From: the human T2T-CHM13v2.0 reference genome, Homo sapiens
Length of the DNA: 64,000 nt
Assembly: GCF_009914755.1 (NCBI RefSeq)
Contig: NC_060927.1
Direction: 5' to 3' (one strand)
Shown: in pieces, positions 1 through 17,749 of the stretch
Layout of the letters: the number at the start of each line of letters is the position of its first letter
Numbering within the stretch: the first letter of the stretch is position 1
Position numbers and translations under genes: made by a program
The notes under the pieces: generated by a model
Database searches by the model: none
The model's input: the letters and a program-made list of their open reading frames with translations, nothing else
Told to the model about the DNA's origin: nothing

Positions 1-364
<364 letters not shown>

Positions 365-2950
365 TTTGAGTTAAATCTGCTTGGTGTTCTAGGACCTTTT
401 TGTACTTTAATATTGATATCTTTCTCTAGGTTTGGGAAGTTCTCTGTTATTATCCCTTTGAATAAACTTTCTATCCCTATCTCTCTCTCTACCTACTCTT
501 TAAGGCCAATAACTCTTAGATTTGCCCTTCTGAGGCTATTCTCTAGATCTTGTAGGCATGCTTCATCCTTTTTTATTCTTTTTTCTTTCATCTCCTCTGT
601 GTATTTTCAAATAGCCTGTCTTCAAGCTCACTAATTCTTTCTTCTGCTTGATTCATTCTGTTCATAAGAGACTGATGCATTCTTCAGTATGTCAATTGCA
701 TTTTTCAACTTAGGAATTGCTGTTTGATTCTTTTTAATTATTTCAATCTCTTTGTTAAATTTATCTGATAGGATTCTGCATTCTTTCCCTGTGTTATCTT
801 GAATTCCATTGAGTTTCCTCAAAACAGCTATTTTAAGTTCTCTGTGACATATCTCTGCCTCTCCATAATTGGTCACTGGTGTCTTATTTAGTTCATTTGG
901 TGAGGTCATTTTCCTGGATGGTCTTGATGCTTGTGGATGTTCAGTAGTGCCTGGGCATTGAAAGTCAGATATTTATTGTAGTCTTTGCAGTCTAGGTTTG
1001 TTTGCATCTTTCTTTCTTGGGAAGGCTTTCCAGGTATTCAAAGGGACTTGGGTATTGTGATCCACATTTTGGTCACTGCAGCTGTATCTGCATTAGGAGG
1101 CACCCCAAGCCCAGTAATGCTGTGGCTCTTGCAGACTCAGAGGTACTGCCTTGGTGGTCTTGGATAAGATCCAGAAGAATTATCTGGATTATCAGGCAGA
1201 GACTCTTGTTCTTTTCCCTTACTTTCTCCTGGACAAATGAAATCTCTCTCTCTCTGTGCTGAGCTTCTTGGAGCTGGGGATGGGGTGACACAAGTGCCCC
1301 TCTGGACACCACCACTGGTGCTGCTCTGTGTCAGACCTGAAGCCAGCACAGCACTGCATCTTGCTCAAGGCCCATGTTAACTATTGTCTGGCTACTGCGT
1401 GTGTTCACTCAAGGCTCTACAGTCAGCAGCTAGTGAATCCAGCTAGGCTTGTGTTTTTCCTTTCAAAGCAGCAAGTTTCTCCTGGTCCCAGATTCAGAGA
1501 TGCCATTTGGGATCTAGGGCCTGGAGTTGGAAACCTTAGGAATCCATCTAGTGCTCTATTCTACTTCAGCTGAGCTGGCATCCAAGCTGCAAGCCAAATT
1601 CCTTCCCACTCTTCCTTCCCCTTTCTGCAAGCAGAGGAGTCTGTTCCCATGGCCCCCATGGCCCTAGGCCCACAGCAAGTACTAGCACTGATGTTCATTC
1701 AAGGCCCAAGGGTCCTTCAGTCAGTTTGTGGTGAATGTTGCCAGCCCTGAGACTCTCCCTTCGGGGCAGTGGGCTCCCTTCTGGCTCAAGCCTGGTCTAG
1801 AAATGCTTTCCAAGAGGCAAGGCCTGGAAGTGGTGACTCTAAGAGCCTGCTTGTTGCTCTAACCGACTGTGGCTGAGCTTGTACCTAAGCTGCAAGACAA
1901 AGTCCCTTTTACTCTGTCCTCTTCTTTTCTGAAGCAGAAAGATTCTCTTCCCATAGGCACCACAGCTGCAAATTTGCTGAGTCACACCTGAAGCCAGCAT
2001 GACACAGAGTCTCACCCAAGGCCCACAGTGAGTACTGCCTGGGTACTGCTACTGATTATTCAGGGCCCAAGGGCTCTTTATTCAGCAGGTGATGAATCTT
2101 GTCAGGACTGGGCCCTTCCCTTCAAGGCAGCTGGTTCTCTTCTGGCACAGGATGTGTCTAGAAATGTCATCCAGAAGCTGGGGCCTGGAAGCACAGTGCC
2201 CTATCCTACTGTGGTTGAGTTGGCATCCAAGTTGCAAGCCAAAGTCTCCTTTACTCTTCCCTCTCCTGTCCTCATGTAGAGGGGAAGAAGTCTCTACTGC
2301 AGCTGTGTGCCGTGCTGCCTGGGGTTGGGGGAGGAATGGCACAAGCACTCCCTTGGCCACCTCAGCTGGTATCTTACTAGGTCATGTGCCCCCAAATCCA
2401 CTGACTCTGAGTCCAGCACAGCACAAAGAGCTGCTCAGGAATTTTAGTACTTGTGGCCTAGACTGCCTTTCAAGTTCATTTAAGACCCCAGAGGACTTTT
2501 GCCCACAATGGCGAGGCATGCCAGAACTCAGTTTCAAACTATTCGGATGGACGATTCCCCTCTGGCTAGAACTGGTCTAAATGCTCCCTCTGTGGGCACC
2601 AGTTGAGTTTTCCCCAGTGTTGCTTTCCACTGTGACAGGCAGCACTGAATTCCAATGCAAAGTCTCACAATCTCTGCACTCCTTCCACAAAGCACCAAGA
2701 TTCTCTCTGCATCATGTGATGGCTGTTGGGGGATGGTGAAGGGGTGCCATTGGCAATTCAAGACTTCTTTCCTATCCTCTTCAGTGCGTCTTTCAGAAAT
2801 ATGAAGTTAAAAAAAGGTACTTCGACTGCTTATCTGATTTTTGGTTCTATGAAAGTGGTGTTTGTGTGGATAGTTGTTGAATTTGGTGTTCCTGTAGGAA
2901 GGACACTGGTGGAGGCTTCTGTTCAGCCATCTTGCTCTGCCCCCTCCTCC
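365..2950 (-). mobile_element. Old LINE-1 (L1M/L1MA type), 5' UTR and degenerate ORF1
   Basis: Minus-strand ORF 631-909 resembles the L1 ORF1 N-terminus (ELKIAVLRKL..IQDNT...FNKEIEIIKKNQ). The 5' end at about 2950 reads GGGGGCAGAGCAAGATGGCTGAA. About three diverged 300-340 bp repeats lie at 1320-2280. Confidence 0.85.
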
Positions 2951-3201
2951 TGGTACTCTTTCTCTTTCAGCTGCGCTTGAACACCTCCTTTCTTTTCATT
3001 TTGACTTTTTACTACAAGTTTTGAAAAGTAGAAGAAAGAGAATTATACCCATATTACTATCACCTAAACTTAACAATTAACTTTTTTGCCATATTTTCTC
3101 CATTTTTAAGAGTTTAAAAATTATAGACATTTCACACCAAAACACTTCAGTAGAAATCTCTAAAAAAATTGTCCTACATAACCACAATATTATTATCACA
3201 C

Positions 3202-3596
3202 TGTATTAGTTTTCTAGGGGTTGCCATAACAAAATACCACAGACTGGGTGGCTTAAACAACAAAAATTTGTTTTCTCACAGCTCTGGAGACTGGAAGTTC
3301 AAGATCAAGGTGTTGGCAGGTTTGGTTTCTTCAAGGAGGCCTTTCTCTTTGGCTTCAGAGGATCAACTTTTTGCTTTGTCCTTATATGGTTTCCTCTCCA
3401 TCTTTGTGTCTCTGTGTCCAAGTTTTCTCTACTATAAAGACTCTAGTCAGTGTGGTTTAGGACTCACCCTAAAGACTTCATTTTACTGTAATCACCTTCT
3501 TGGAGGCTCTATCTTGAAATATAGTCACATTCTGACATACTGGGAGTTAAGATTTCAACATTTGAATTTTGGAGAGATAAAACTCAGTCCATAACA
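3202..3596 (-). mobile_element. MLT1 (MLT1B/C-like) solo LTR
   Basis: TGTATTAGTTTTCTAGGG...CCATAACA termini; 5-bp TSD CACAC at 3197-3201 and 3597-3601. Confidence 0.88.
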
Positions 3597-3769
3597 CACA
3601 CACTTAATAAAACTAACAGTAGTTTACTAATATAATTTAATACTGAATCTCTAGTTGCTTTTTTACAATTGTCCACCAAATCTCTTTGTTCAAACTAAGA
3701 GCCAAACAAGAACCATAAATTGCATTTGGCTGTCACGTCTTCTAAATTTATTTAAATATAGAATAATCC

Positions 3770-4672
3770 GGAGGGGGAGGAGCCAAGATGGCCGAATAGG
3801 AACAGCTCCGGTCTACAGCTCCCAGCCTGAGCGACGCAGAAGACGGGTGATTTCTGCATTTCCATCTGAGGTACCAGGTTCATCTCACTAGGGAGTGCTA
3901 GACAGTGGGCGCAGGTCAGTGGGTGCGCGCATCGTGCGCGAGCCGAAGCAGGGCGAGGTATTGCCTCACTCGGGAAGCGCAAGGGGTCAGGGAGTTCCCT
4001 TTCCTAGTCAAAGAAAGGGGTGACGGATGGCACCTGGAAAATTGGGTCACTCCCACCCGAATACTGCGCTTTTCCGATGGGCTTAAAAAACGGCGCACCA
4101 CGAGATTATATCCCGCACCTGGCTCAGAGGGTCCTACCCCACAGAGTCTCGCTAATTGCTAGCACAGCAGTCTGAGATCAAACTGCAAGGCGGCAGCGAG
4201 GCTTGGGGAGGGGCGCCCGCCATTGCCCAGGCTTGCTTAGGTAAACAAAGCAGCTGGGAAGCTGGGTGGAGCCCACCACAGCTCAAGGAGGCCTGCGTGC
4301 CTCTGTAGGCTCCACTTCTGGGGGCAGGGCACAGACAAACAAAAAGACAGCAGTAACCTCTGCAGACTTAAATGTCCCTGTCTGACAGCTTTGAAGAGAG
4401 CAGGTGTTCTCCCAGTACGCAGCTGGAGATCTGAGAACGGGCAGACTGCCTCCTCAAGTGGGTCCCTGACCCCTGACCCCCGAGCAGCCTAACTGGGAGG
4501 CACCCTCCAGCAGGGGCACACTGACACCTCACACTGCAGGGTACTCCAACAGACCTGCAGCTGAGGGTCCTGTCTGTTAGAAGGAAAACTAACAAACAGA
4601 AAGGACATCCACACCAAAAACCCATCTGTACATCACCATCATCAAAGACCAAAAGTACATAAAACCACAAAG
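3770..4672 (+). promoter_or_regulatory. L1 5' UTR internal sense and antisense promoter, CpG-rich
   Basis: Intact YY1 motif CAAGATGGCCG at 3784-3794; many CpGs retained at 3790-4220; major 5' UTR splice donor GAG|GTACC at 3870/3871. Confidence 0.85.
4152..4223 (-). pseudogene. L1 ORF0, truncated at codon 24
   Basis: Minus strand reads MAGAPPQASLPPCSLISDCCASN then TAG (plus-strand CTA at 4152-4154); the consensus has Gln here. Confidence 0.8.
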
Positions 4673-5689
4673 ATGGGGAAAAAACAGAACAGAAAAACTG
4701 GAAACTCTAAAAATCAGAGCGCCTCTCCTCCTCCACAGGAACGCAGCTCCTCACCAGCAACAGAACAAAGCTGGATGGAGAATGACTTTGACGAGCTGAG
4801 AGAAGAAGTCTTCAGACAATCAAATTACTCTGAGCTACGGGAGGACATTCAAACCAAAGGCAAAGAAGTTGAAAACTTTGAAAAAAATTTAGAAGAATGT
4901 ATAACTAGAATAACCAATACAGAGAAGTGCTTAAAGGAGCTGATGGAGCTGAAAACCAAGGCTCGAGAACTACGTGAAGAATGCAGAAGCCTCAGGAGCC
5001 GATGCGATCAACTGGAAGAAAGGGTATCAGCAATGGAAGATGAAATGAATGAAATGAAGCGAGAAGCAAAGTTTAGAGAAAAAAGAATAAAAAGAAATGA
5101 ACAAAGCCTCCAAGAAATATGGGACTATGTGAAAAGACCAAATCTACGTCTGATTGGTGTACCTGAAAGTGATGGGGAGAATGGAACCAAGTTGGAAAAC
5201 ACTCTGCAGGATATTATCCAGGAGAATTTCCCCAATCTAGCAAGGCAGGCCAACATTCAGATTCAGGAAATACAGAGAATGCCACAAAGATACTCCTCGA
5301 GAAGAGCAACTCCAAGACACATAATTGTCAGATTCACCAAAGTTCAAATGAAGGAAAAAATGTTAAGGGTAGCCAGAGAGAAAGGTCGGGTTACCCTCAA
5401 AGGGAAGCCCATCAGACTAACAGCGGATCTCTCGGCAGAAACCCTACAAGCCAGAAGAGAGTGGGGACCAATATTCAACATTCTTAAAGAAAAGAATTTT
5501 CAACCCAGAATTTCATATCCAGCCAAACTAAGCTTCATAAGTGAAGGAGAAATAAAATACTTTACAGACAAGCAAATGCTGAGAGATTTTGTCACCACCA
5601 GGCCTGCCCTAAAAGAGCGCCTGAAGGAAGTGCTAAACATGGGAAGGAACAACCGGTACCAGCCACTGCAAAATCATTCCAAAATGTAA
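4673..5689 (+). CDS. LINE-1 ORF1p, open full length (338 aa)
   Basis: ORF MGKKQNRKTGNSK...; coiled coil, RRM and CTD with REKG, ARR and YPAKLS motifs intact. Confidence 0.95.
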   Translation: MGKKQNRKTGNSKNQSASPPPQERSSSPATEQSWMENDFDELREEVFRQSNYSELREDIQTKGKEVENFEKNLEECITRITNTEKCLKELMELKTKARELREECRSLRSRCDQLEERVSAMEDEMNEMKREAKFREKRIKRNEQSLQEIWDYVKRPNLRLIGVPESDGENGTKLENTLQDIIQENFPNLARQANIQIQEIQRMPQRYSSRRATPRHIIVRFTKVQMKEKMLRVAREKGRVTLKGKPIRLTADLSAETLQARREWGPIFNILKEKNFQPRISYPAKLSFISEGEIKYFTDKQMLRDFVTTRPALKERLKEVLNMGRNNRYQPLQNHSKM

Positions 5690-5737
5690 AGACCATCGAG
5701 ACTAGGAAGAAACTGCATCAACTAATGAGCAAAATAA

Positions 5738-9580
<3,843 letters not shown>

Positions 9581-10874
9581 ACAATGAGATCACATGGACA
9601 CAGGAAGGGGAACGTCACACTCTGGGGACTGTTGTGGGGTGGGGGGAGGGATAGCATTGGGAGATATACCTAATGCTAGATGACGAGTTAGTGGGTGCAG
9701 CACACCAGCATGGCACATGTATATGTATGTAACTAACCTGCACAATGTGCACATGTACCCTAAAACTTAAAGTATAATTAAAAAAAAAAAAGAAAAAAAT
9801 AAAAAGAAAAAAACAAAATTTGCATAGGAAAACTTAAAAAAATAAATAAATAAATATAGAATAATCCCTCTCCCTTCTTTTTTCTCATGAATTGTCTTAT
9901 TAAAGCGATTGCTCCACATTTTGCATTTTTCTTTTTTGCTTAATGGAAGGTAATTTAACAGGATCTATCCGCTGTACTGAGTTTTCTATAAACTAGAAGT
10001 TATGCCTAAAGGCCTGATTAGATTCTGGTTAAACATTTTAGGCAAGAACGTTTCAAAGATGATATTGTATATTTCCTCTTGGGTCCCATTTGATGGCATA
10101 GTGTGTCTAGTTGTCCCCATTTGAGTGTTTAGATTGGTCCCTGGTATAAAGTGGTGACAGCTTGATTTCCCCTTGAGCAATTCCATTTTTTCCTCTTGTG
10201 ACCAGCAGGCAATCTGTGGGGGCTGCTTTAGCCCTTGGAACATCTGCTTTGCCATCAGGTTTTACCTAATGGTTTATGATCCTTAACTAAATCAACTATT
10301 TCATTATGGTTTACAAATTTATTTTACATTTATTATCTGAAATTATTCTGCAGAGAAGCACTTTCCCTCATCAACTGGGCTATTTAGTTACCCTTAAATA
10401 GAATTCCAACTGGAAAGACAGGATAAATTATTTTTACCTTCAATTTCCAATTTTCAGAAAATAAAGTTGGCAAAATATCGCTTCCAATGATGACACATGA
10501 AATTTGTTTTGTTTGTAGTTTCTATTTTTTTGTGTCATTTAGATATTTATGGCCTTTAATATATTCTTATTGCCATTTTTTTCATACTCAAATTGGCCCA
10601 ATGGTTGGCCAGTTGTGATCCCTTCAAAATGATTTGTCTTTTTAACATAATCCCATTGATCTTTACAAGTTCTCCTATTTCCTACAATAGTGAGATATTC
10701 CAGGCTGGCTTTGTATATTCTTTGCCCCACACTTGGGGTGAGTTATTTGTCTAAGAAGACTTGGTTTCTTAAATGTGGAATATTTAGAAACCATAATCTA
10801 GCTCTAGGGATACCCATTGCTACTCGAATATTACTTTTTTTTTTGGCTCTTTCAATGGGCAGAGTCAGACAATA

Positions 10875-13429
10875 CAGGCATACCTTGGAGATATTGCAAG
10901 CATGGTTCCAGACCACTGCAATAAAGTGAATATTGCAATAAAGGGAGTTACACAATTTTTTTGTTTCCTAGTGTACATAAAAGTTATGTTTACACTATAC
11001 TGTAGTGTATTAAGTGTGCAATAGCATTATTTCTAGAAAACAATAAACATACCTTAATTGAAAATACCTCATTGCTAAAAAATACTAATGATTATCTGAG
11101 CCTTCAGCGAGTAGTTTCTTTTTGCTGGTGGAGGGCTTTGCCTCTATGTTTATAGCTGCTAACTGATCAGGGTGGTAGTTGCTGAAGTTTGGGTGGCTAT
11201 TACAATTTCTTAAAATAAGATAGCAATGAAGTTTGCCATATCAATTGAGTTCTCCTTTCACAAGAGACTTCTCTGTAGCATGTGATGCTATTTGATAGCA
11301 TTTTATCCACAGTAATACTTCTTTCAAAATTGGAGTCAATCCTCTCAAATCCTGCTGCTGCTTTATCAAGTTTATGTAAGGTTCTAAATCTTTGTTGTCA
11401 TTTCAACAATGTTCACAGGATCTTCACCAGGAGTAGATGTCATCTCAAGAAACCACTTTCCTTGCTCATTCATATGAAGCAACTCCTCATCCATTCAAGT
11501 TTGATCATGAGATTGCCAAAAATCAGTCACACCTGTGGAGTCCACTTCTAATTCTAGTTCTCTTCTTATTTTTACAATATCTTCAGTTACTTCCTCCACT
11601 GAAGGCTTGTACTCCTTAAAGTCATCCATGAGTGTTGAAATCAACCTCTTCCAAAATCCTGTTAATGTTGATATTTTGGCCTCCTCTTATAAATCATGAA
11701 TGTTCCTAATGGCAATAAAGGGAGTTACGCAATTTCCTATTGTATACAATTGCCATTAGGAACATGCAACATTCCTAATGGCAATAAAGGGAGTTATACA
11801 ATTTTTTGGTTTCCTAGTGTACATAAGAGTTATGTTTACACTATACCATAATGTATTAAGTGTGCAATAGCATTATGTCTAAAAAAAATGATGAATCCTT
11901 TCCATAAGGTTTTCAATTTACTTTGTCCAGGTCTATGAGAGGAATCACGATCTACGGTAGCTATAGCCTTATGAAATATATTTCCTAAATAATAAGACTT
12001 GAAAATTGCTCCTTGATCTAGGGCTCCAGAATGGATGGTGTGTTAGCGGGCATGAAAACAACATTAATTTCCTTGTATGTCTCTATTAGTTCTTTTGAGT
12101 GACCAGGTGCATTGTCAATGAACAATAACATTTTGAAAGGAATCTCTTTTTCTGAGCAGTAGATCTCAACACTGAGTTTAAAATATTCAGTAAACCATGT
12201 TGTAAACAGATGTGCTGTCATCCAGGCTTTGTTTTCCATTTGTAGAGCTCAGGCAGAGTAGATTTAGCATAATTCTTAAGGGCCCTAGGATTTTCAGAAT
12301 GTTAAATGAACATTAGCTTCCACTTAAAGTCATCAGCTCCATTAGCCCCTAATAAGAGAGTCAGCCTGTCCTTCGAAGTTGAAGCCAAGTGTTGACTTCT
12401 CTTTAGCTCTGAAAATCCTAGAGGGCACCTTCTTCCAACATAAGGCTATTGTGTCTACATTGAAAATCTGTTATTTTGTGTACCCACCTTCAATGGTCTT
12501 AGCTAAATCTTCTGGATAACTTGCTGCAGCTTCTACATCAGCACTTGCAGTTTTACCTTGTACTTTTATGTTATGGGACAGCTTTTTTCCTTAAGCCTCA
12601 TGAACCCAATCTCTGCTGGCTTCAAACATTTCTTCTGAAGTTTCCTACCTCTCTCAGCCTTGATAGAATTGAAGAGAATAAGCACCTTGCTCTAGACTAG
12701 GCTTTGGCTTAAGGGAGTGTTGTGGCTTGTTTGATCAGCTAGCTATTCAGACCACTAAAACTTTCTCCATAGTAACAATAAGACTGTTTCACTTTGTTAT
12801 CATTTGTATGTTAATTCACTAAATAACACTTTTAATTTCCTTCAATAAATTTTCCTTTGCATTCACAACTTGGCTAACTGGTACAAGAGGCCAGGCTTTC
12901 GGCTAATCTTAACTTTCAGTGTGCCTTCTTCACTAAGCTTAATCATATCTAACTTTCGATTTAACATGAGAGATGCGTGGCCCTTCTTTTCACTTGAACA
13001 TTTAGAGGCCACTGTAGGGTTATTAATTGACCTAATCTCAATATTGTTGTGCCTCAGGGAATAGGGAGGCTTGAGGAGAGGGAGAGAGATGGGGAAATGG
13101 CCAGTTGGTGAAGCAGTTGGAACACACAATTTTATTAATTTTGCTATCTTATATGGGCCTGGTTTGTGGTACCCCAAAACAATCAGAATAGTAATGTCAA
13201 AGATCACTAATTACAGATAACCTTAACAGATACAATAATAATGAGAAAGTTTGAAATATTGTGAAAATTACCAAAATTTGACACAGAGACATGAAGTGAG
13301 CACACGCTGTTGGAAAAAGGGTGCTGATTAACTTCCTCTATGCAGGGTGGCCACAAACTTTCCATTTGTAAAAAACGCAGTATCTACAAAGTGCAATAAA
13401 GTGAAGAGCAACAAAATGAGATATGCTTG
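10875..13429 (-). mobile_element. Tigger1 DNA transposon (TcMar), essentially full length, transposase decayed
   Basis: TA|CAGGCATACCT...ATATGCTTG termini; minus-strand ORF pieces with an HTH-like region (LNRKLDMIKLSEEG, 12863-13207) and the DDE_1 region (NKAWMT...[10 protein letters not shown], 12018-12239). Confidence 0.92.
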
Positions 13430-13798
13430 TCTATGTATTCTTTAAAATCATGACTTTGTAATGATAGTTCAAATTCAAATTTAACACTACAGAGAGTTTT
13501 ACTTAATTATTTGAGTTTATATTTATAAATATCTATTTTCTTTCAAGCTGAAAATCTTGATTTCTAACAATATAATTATTTATTTGTTGTATTATTTCAA
13601 AATAACAATGCAACTGAATGAATTGATTATATATACTTTTATTTTTTATCCTAGATTATAGCCCATCAAAGAAATACACAGTGCTAAGTTTCAAACTCAG
13701 TTGACATAATTATTTTTTTCTGTATGATTGTTATTAATTTTATATATGATTAATTTCTTTTTTCCTTTAATTTTAGGAATGGCTTTTCCTTTTTTATA

Positions 13799-13800
<2 letters not shown>

Positions 13801-13835
<35 letters not shown>
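13801..13835. repeat. (CA)n microsatellite
   Basis: Direct read. Confidence 0.95.
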
Positions 13836-13838
<3 letters not shown>

Positions 13839-14192
13839 CTCAGTCCATTTTGACTGCTATAACAAAATATCTTAGATTGGGTAATTTATAAACAACAGAA
13901 TTCTATTGCTCATGGTTCTGGAGGTTGACAAGTCCAAGATGGAGCCACCAGCAGATTCAGAGCCTGATGTGGGCTGGTTCCTCATGGATTGTGTCTTTTA
14001 GCTGTGTTTTCACATGGTGGAAGGGGCTAAGAAGATCCTTGAGGTTTCTTTAATAAGGGCACTAATTCTATTCATGAGGGCTCTACGCTCACTGCTAAAT
14101 CATTTTCCCAAAGGCCACAACTCTTAATATTGGCACATTGGGAATTAGATTTCAACATATGAAGTTTAGAGGAACTCATTCAGACCATACCA
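13836..14192 (-). mobile_element. MLT1A-like solo LTR
   Basis: CAGTCCATTTTGACTGCTATAACAAAATA...AAGTCCAAGAT...TTCAACATATGAA...CAGACCATA. Confidence 0.82.
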
Positions 14193-14199
14193 ATATGTA

Positions 14200-16560
<2,361 letters not shown>

Positions 16561-16771
16561 GCATTCTTTTTGCTGGGGACAGGAGGAGCTCTTGATGCTT
16601 GAGGGAGTCTTGGAATGATATGTTCACGTGTACTTCTATCCCAGTCCTAGTTGTCTTGGATGACTGAGGGCTCTAGGTAAGAGGAAGAAGGAAAGAAGTG
16701 TCCAGGGGTAGAGGCTACCTTTCCCAAGGAAGATGGGGCCGGGATGGATTGATAGTATAAAGGACTGAGAG

Positions 16772-17239
16772 TAACAATGATTCTTTGCTTGACCAAACTT
16801 TGTCAGCAAAGTTTGTCCTGAACCTTCTCCTAGGCCCATCCATGCACTTCCTTGTAAAATCCATTTTTTAGCCAAGAACAAGGATAAATCAGTTTTGCAA
16901 GAACCCCTATCCCCCTGTATCTGATCACCCTTGATATCTTATCAGGTTTCTCATCCTCCACCATTTCTCAGTTCATGTCTGATCTACCCTGGCCTGTCTT
17001 TAGCAAGAATCCTATTAGGTCAGTTTAGCCAGAATCTTCCTTACACGTGATGTTCCCTCTTAGCACTTTTCCATCCACTGACCCCCACTCTGCTTCTTGG
17101 TGATAAATTCCCATTGCCCATGCTGTATTCAGAATTGAGCCCAATCTCTCCCCCACTGCAAAATCCCATTGCCTTGGTCTCTATACCTATTGTGATGGTC
17201 CTGAATAAAGGCTGCCTTACCTTTAAGAAGTGTCATTGC
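16772..17239 (+). mobile_element. MER31A-like ERV1 solo LTR
   Basis: GCTTGACCAAACTT...CTGAACCTTCTCCTAGGCCCATC...CTGATCACCCTTGATATC...GAGCCCAATCTCTC...CTGAATAAAG; AATAAA at 17204-17209. Confidence 0.8.
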
Positions 17240-17749
17240 CTAAGTTGTCTAATTATACGATAGTTTAATCCCATCTAGAATAGAGGAGGAGAAGGAGGGA
17301 AGCAATGTGGGTGTGTAGGAGGGTTGTGAAGAGAGGCGGCAGGAGAGGCCTAAGCTGAGAGGATCAGCCGCCTCTTCCCAAAGATTTTTCTTCTGACTTT
17401 GCATTCCAACCTATCCTAGGGGTCTCTGTCCTATTTTCACAGCTGGAAAGAAGAAAGAAATTTCCCATAGTCGGTTGAACTTCTTGGCAGCCTTGGAGGA
17501 TGGAGGAGATAGATCCTCAGAGCCACCTCACGGGAGGGAGTTTTGACAAACAGAAGTCAGCGGTCCCACTCCCAAGTTCTCCTCATTTGTATTTGCCAGT
17601 GTCAGCCAAGTCCCATGGCTTGTTAATAAGCCTCAGATCATGGGCAGTCCTTTCGCGTGGAGTCTGATTTTCTGAGGCAGCTCTCTCCACAAGTGGCTTT
17701 GGAACTCCATCACTCAGGCCGCCCCACTGTGAGGAAGCTTGGCTAAGGC

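Noticed and set aside
2089-2580. 163-aa ORF and neighbouring ORFs
   Set aside because: They lie in the antisense strand of an old L1 5' UTR and have no protein features
12018-13207. Transposase-like ORFs suggesting a domesticated TIGD/CENPB-like gene
   Set aside because: Short fragments separated by stops and frameshifts within an ordinary Tigger1 copy
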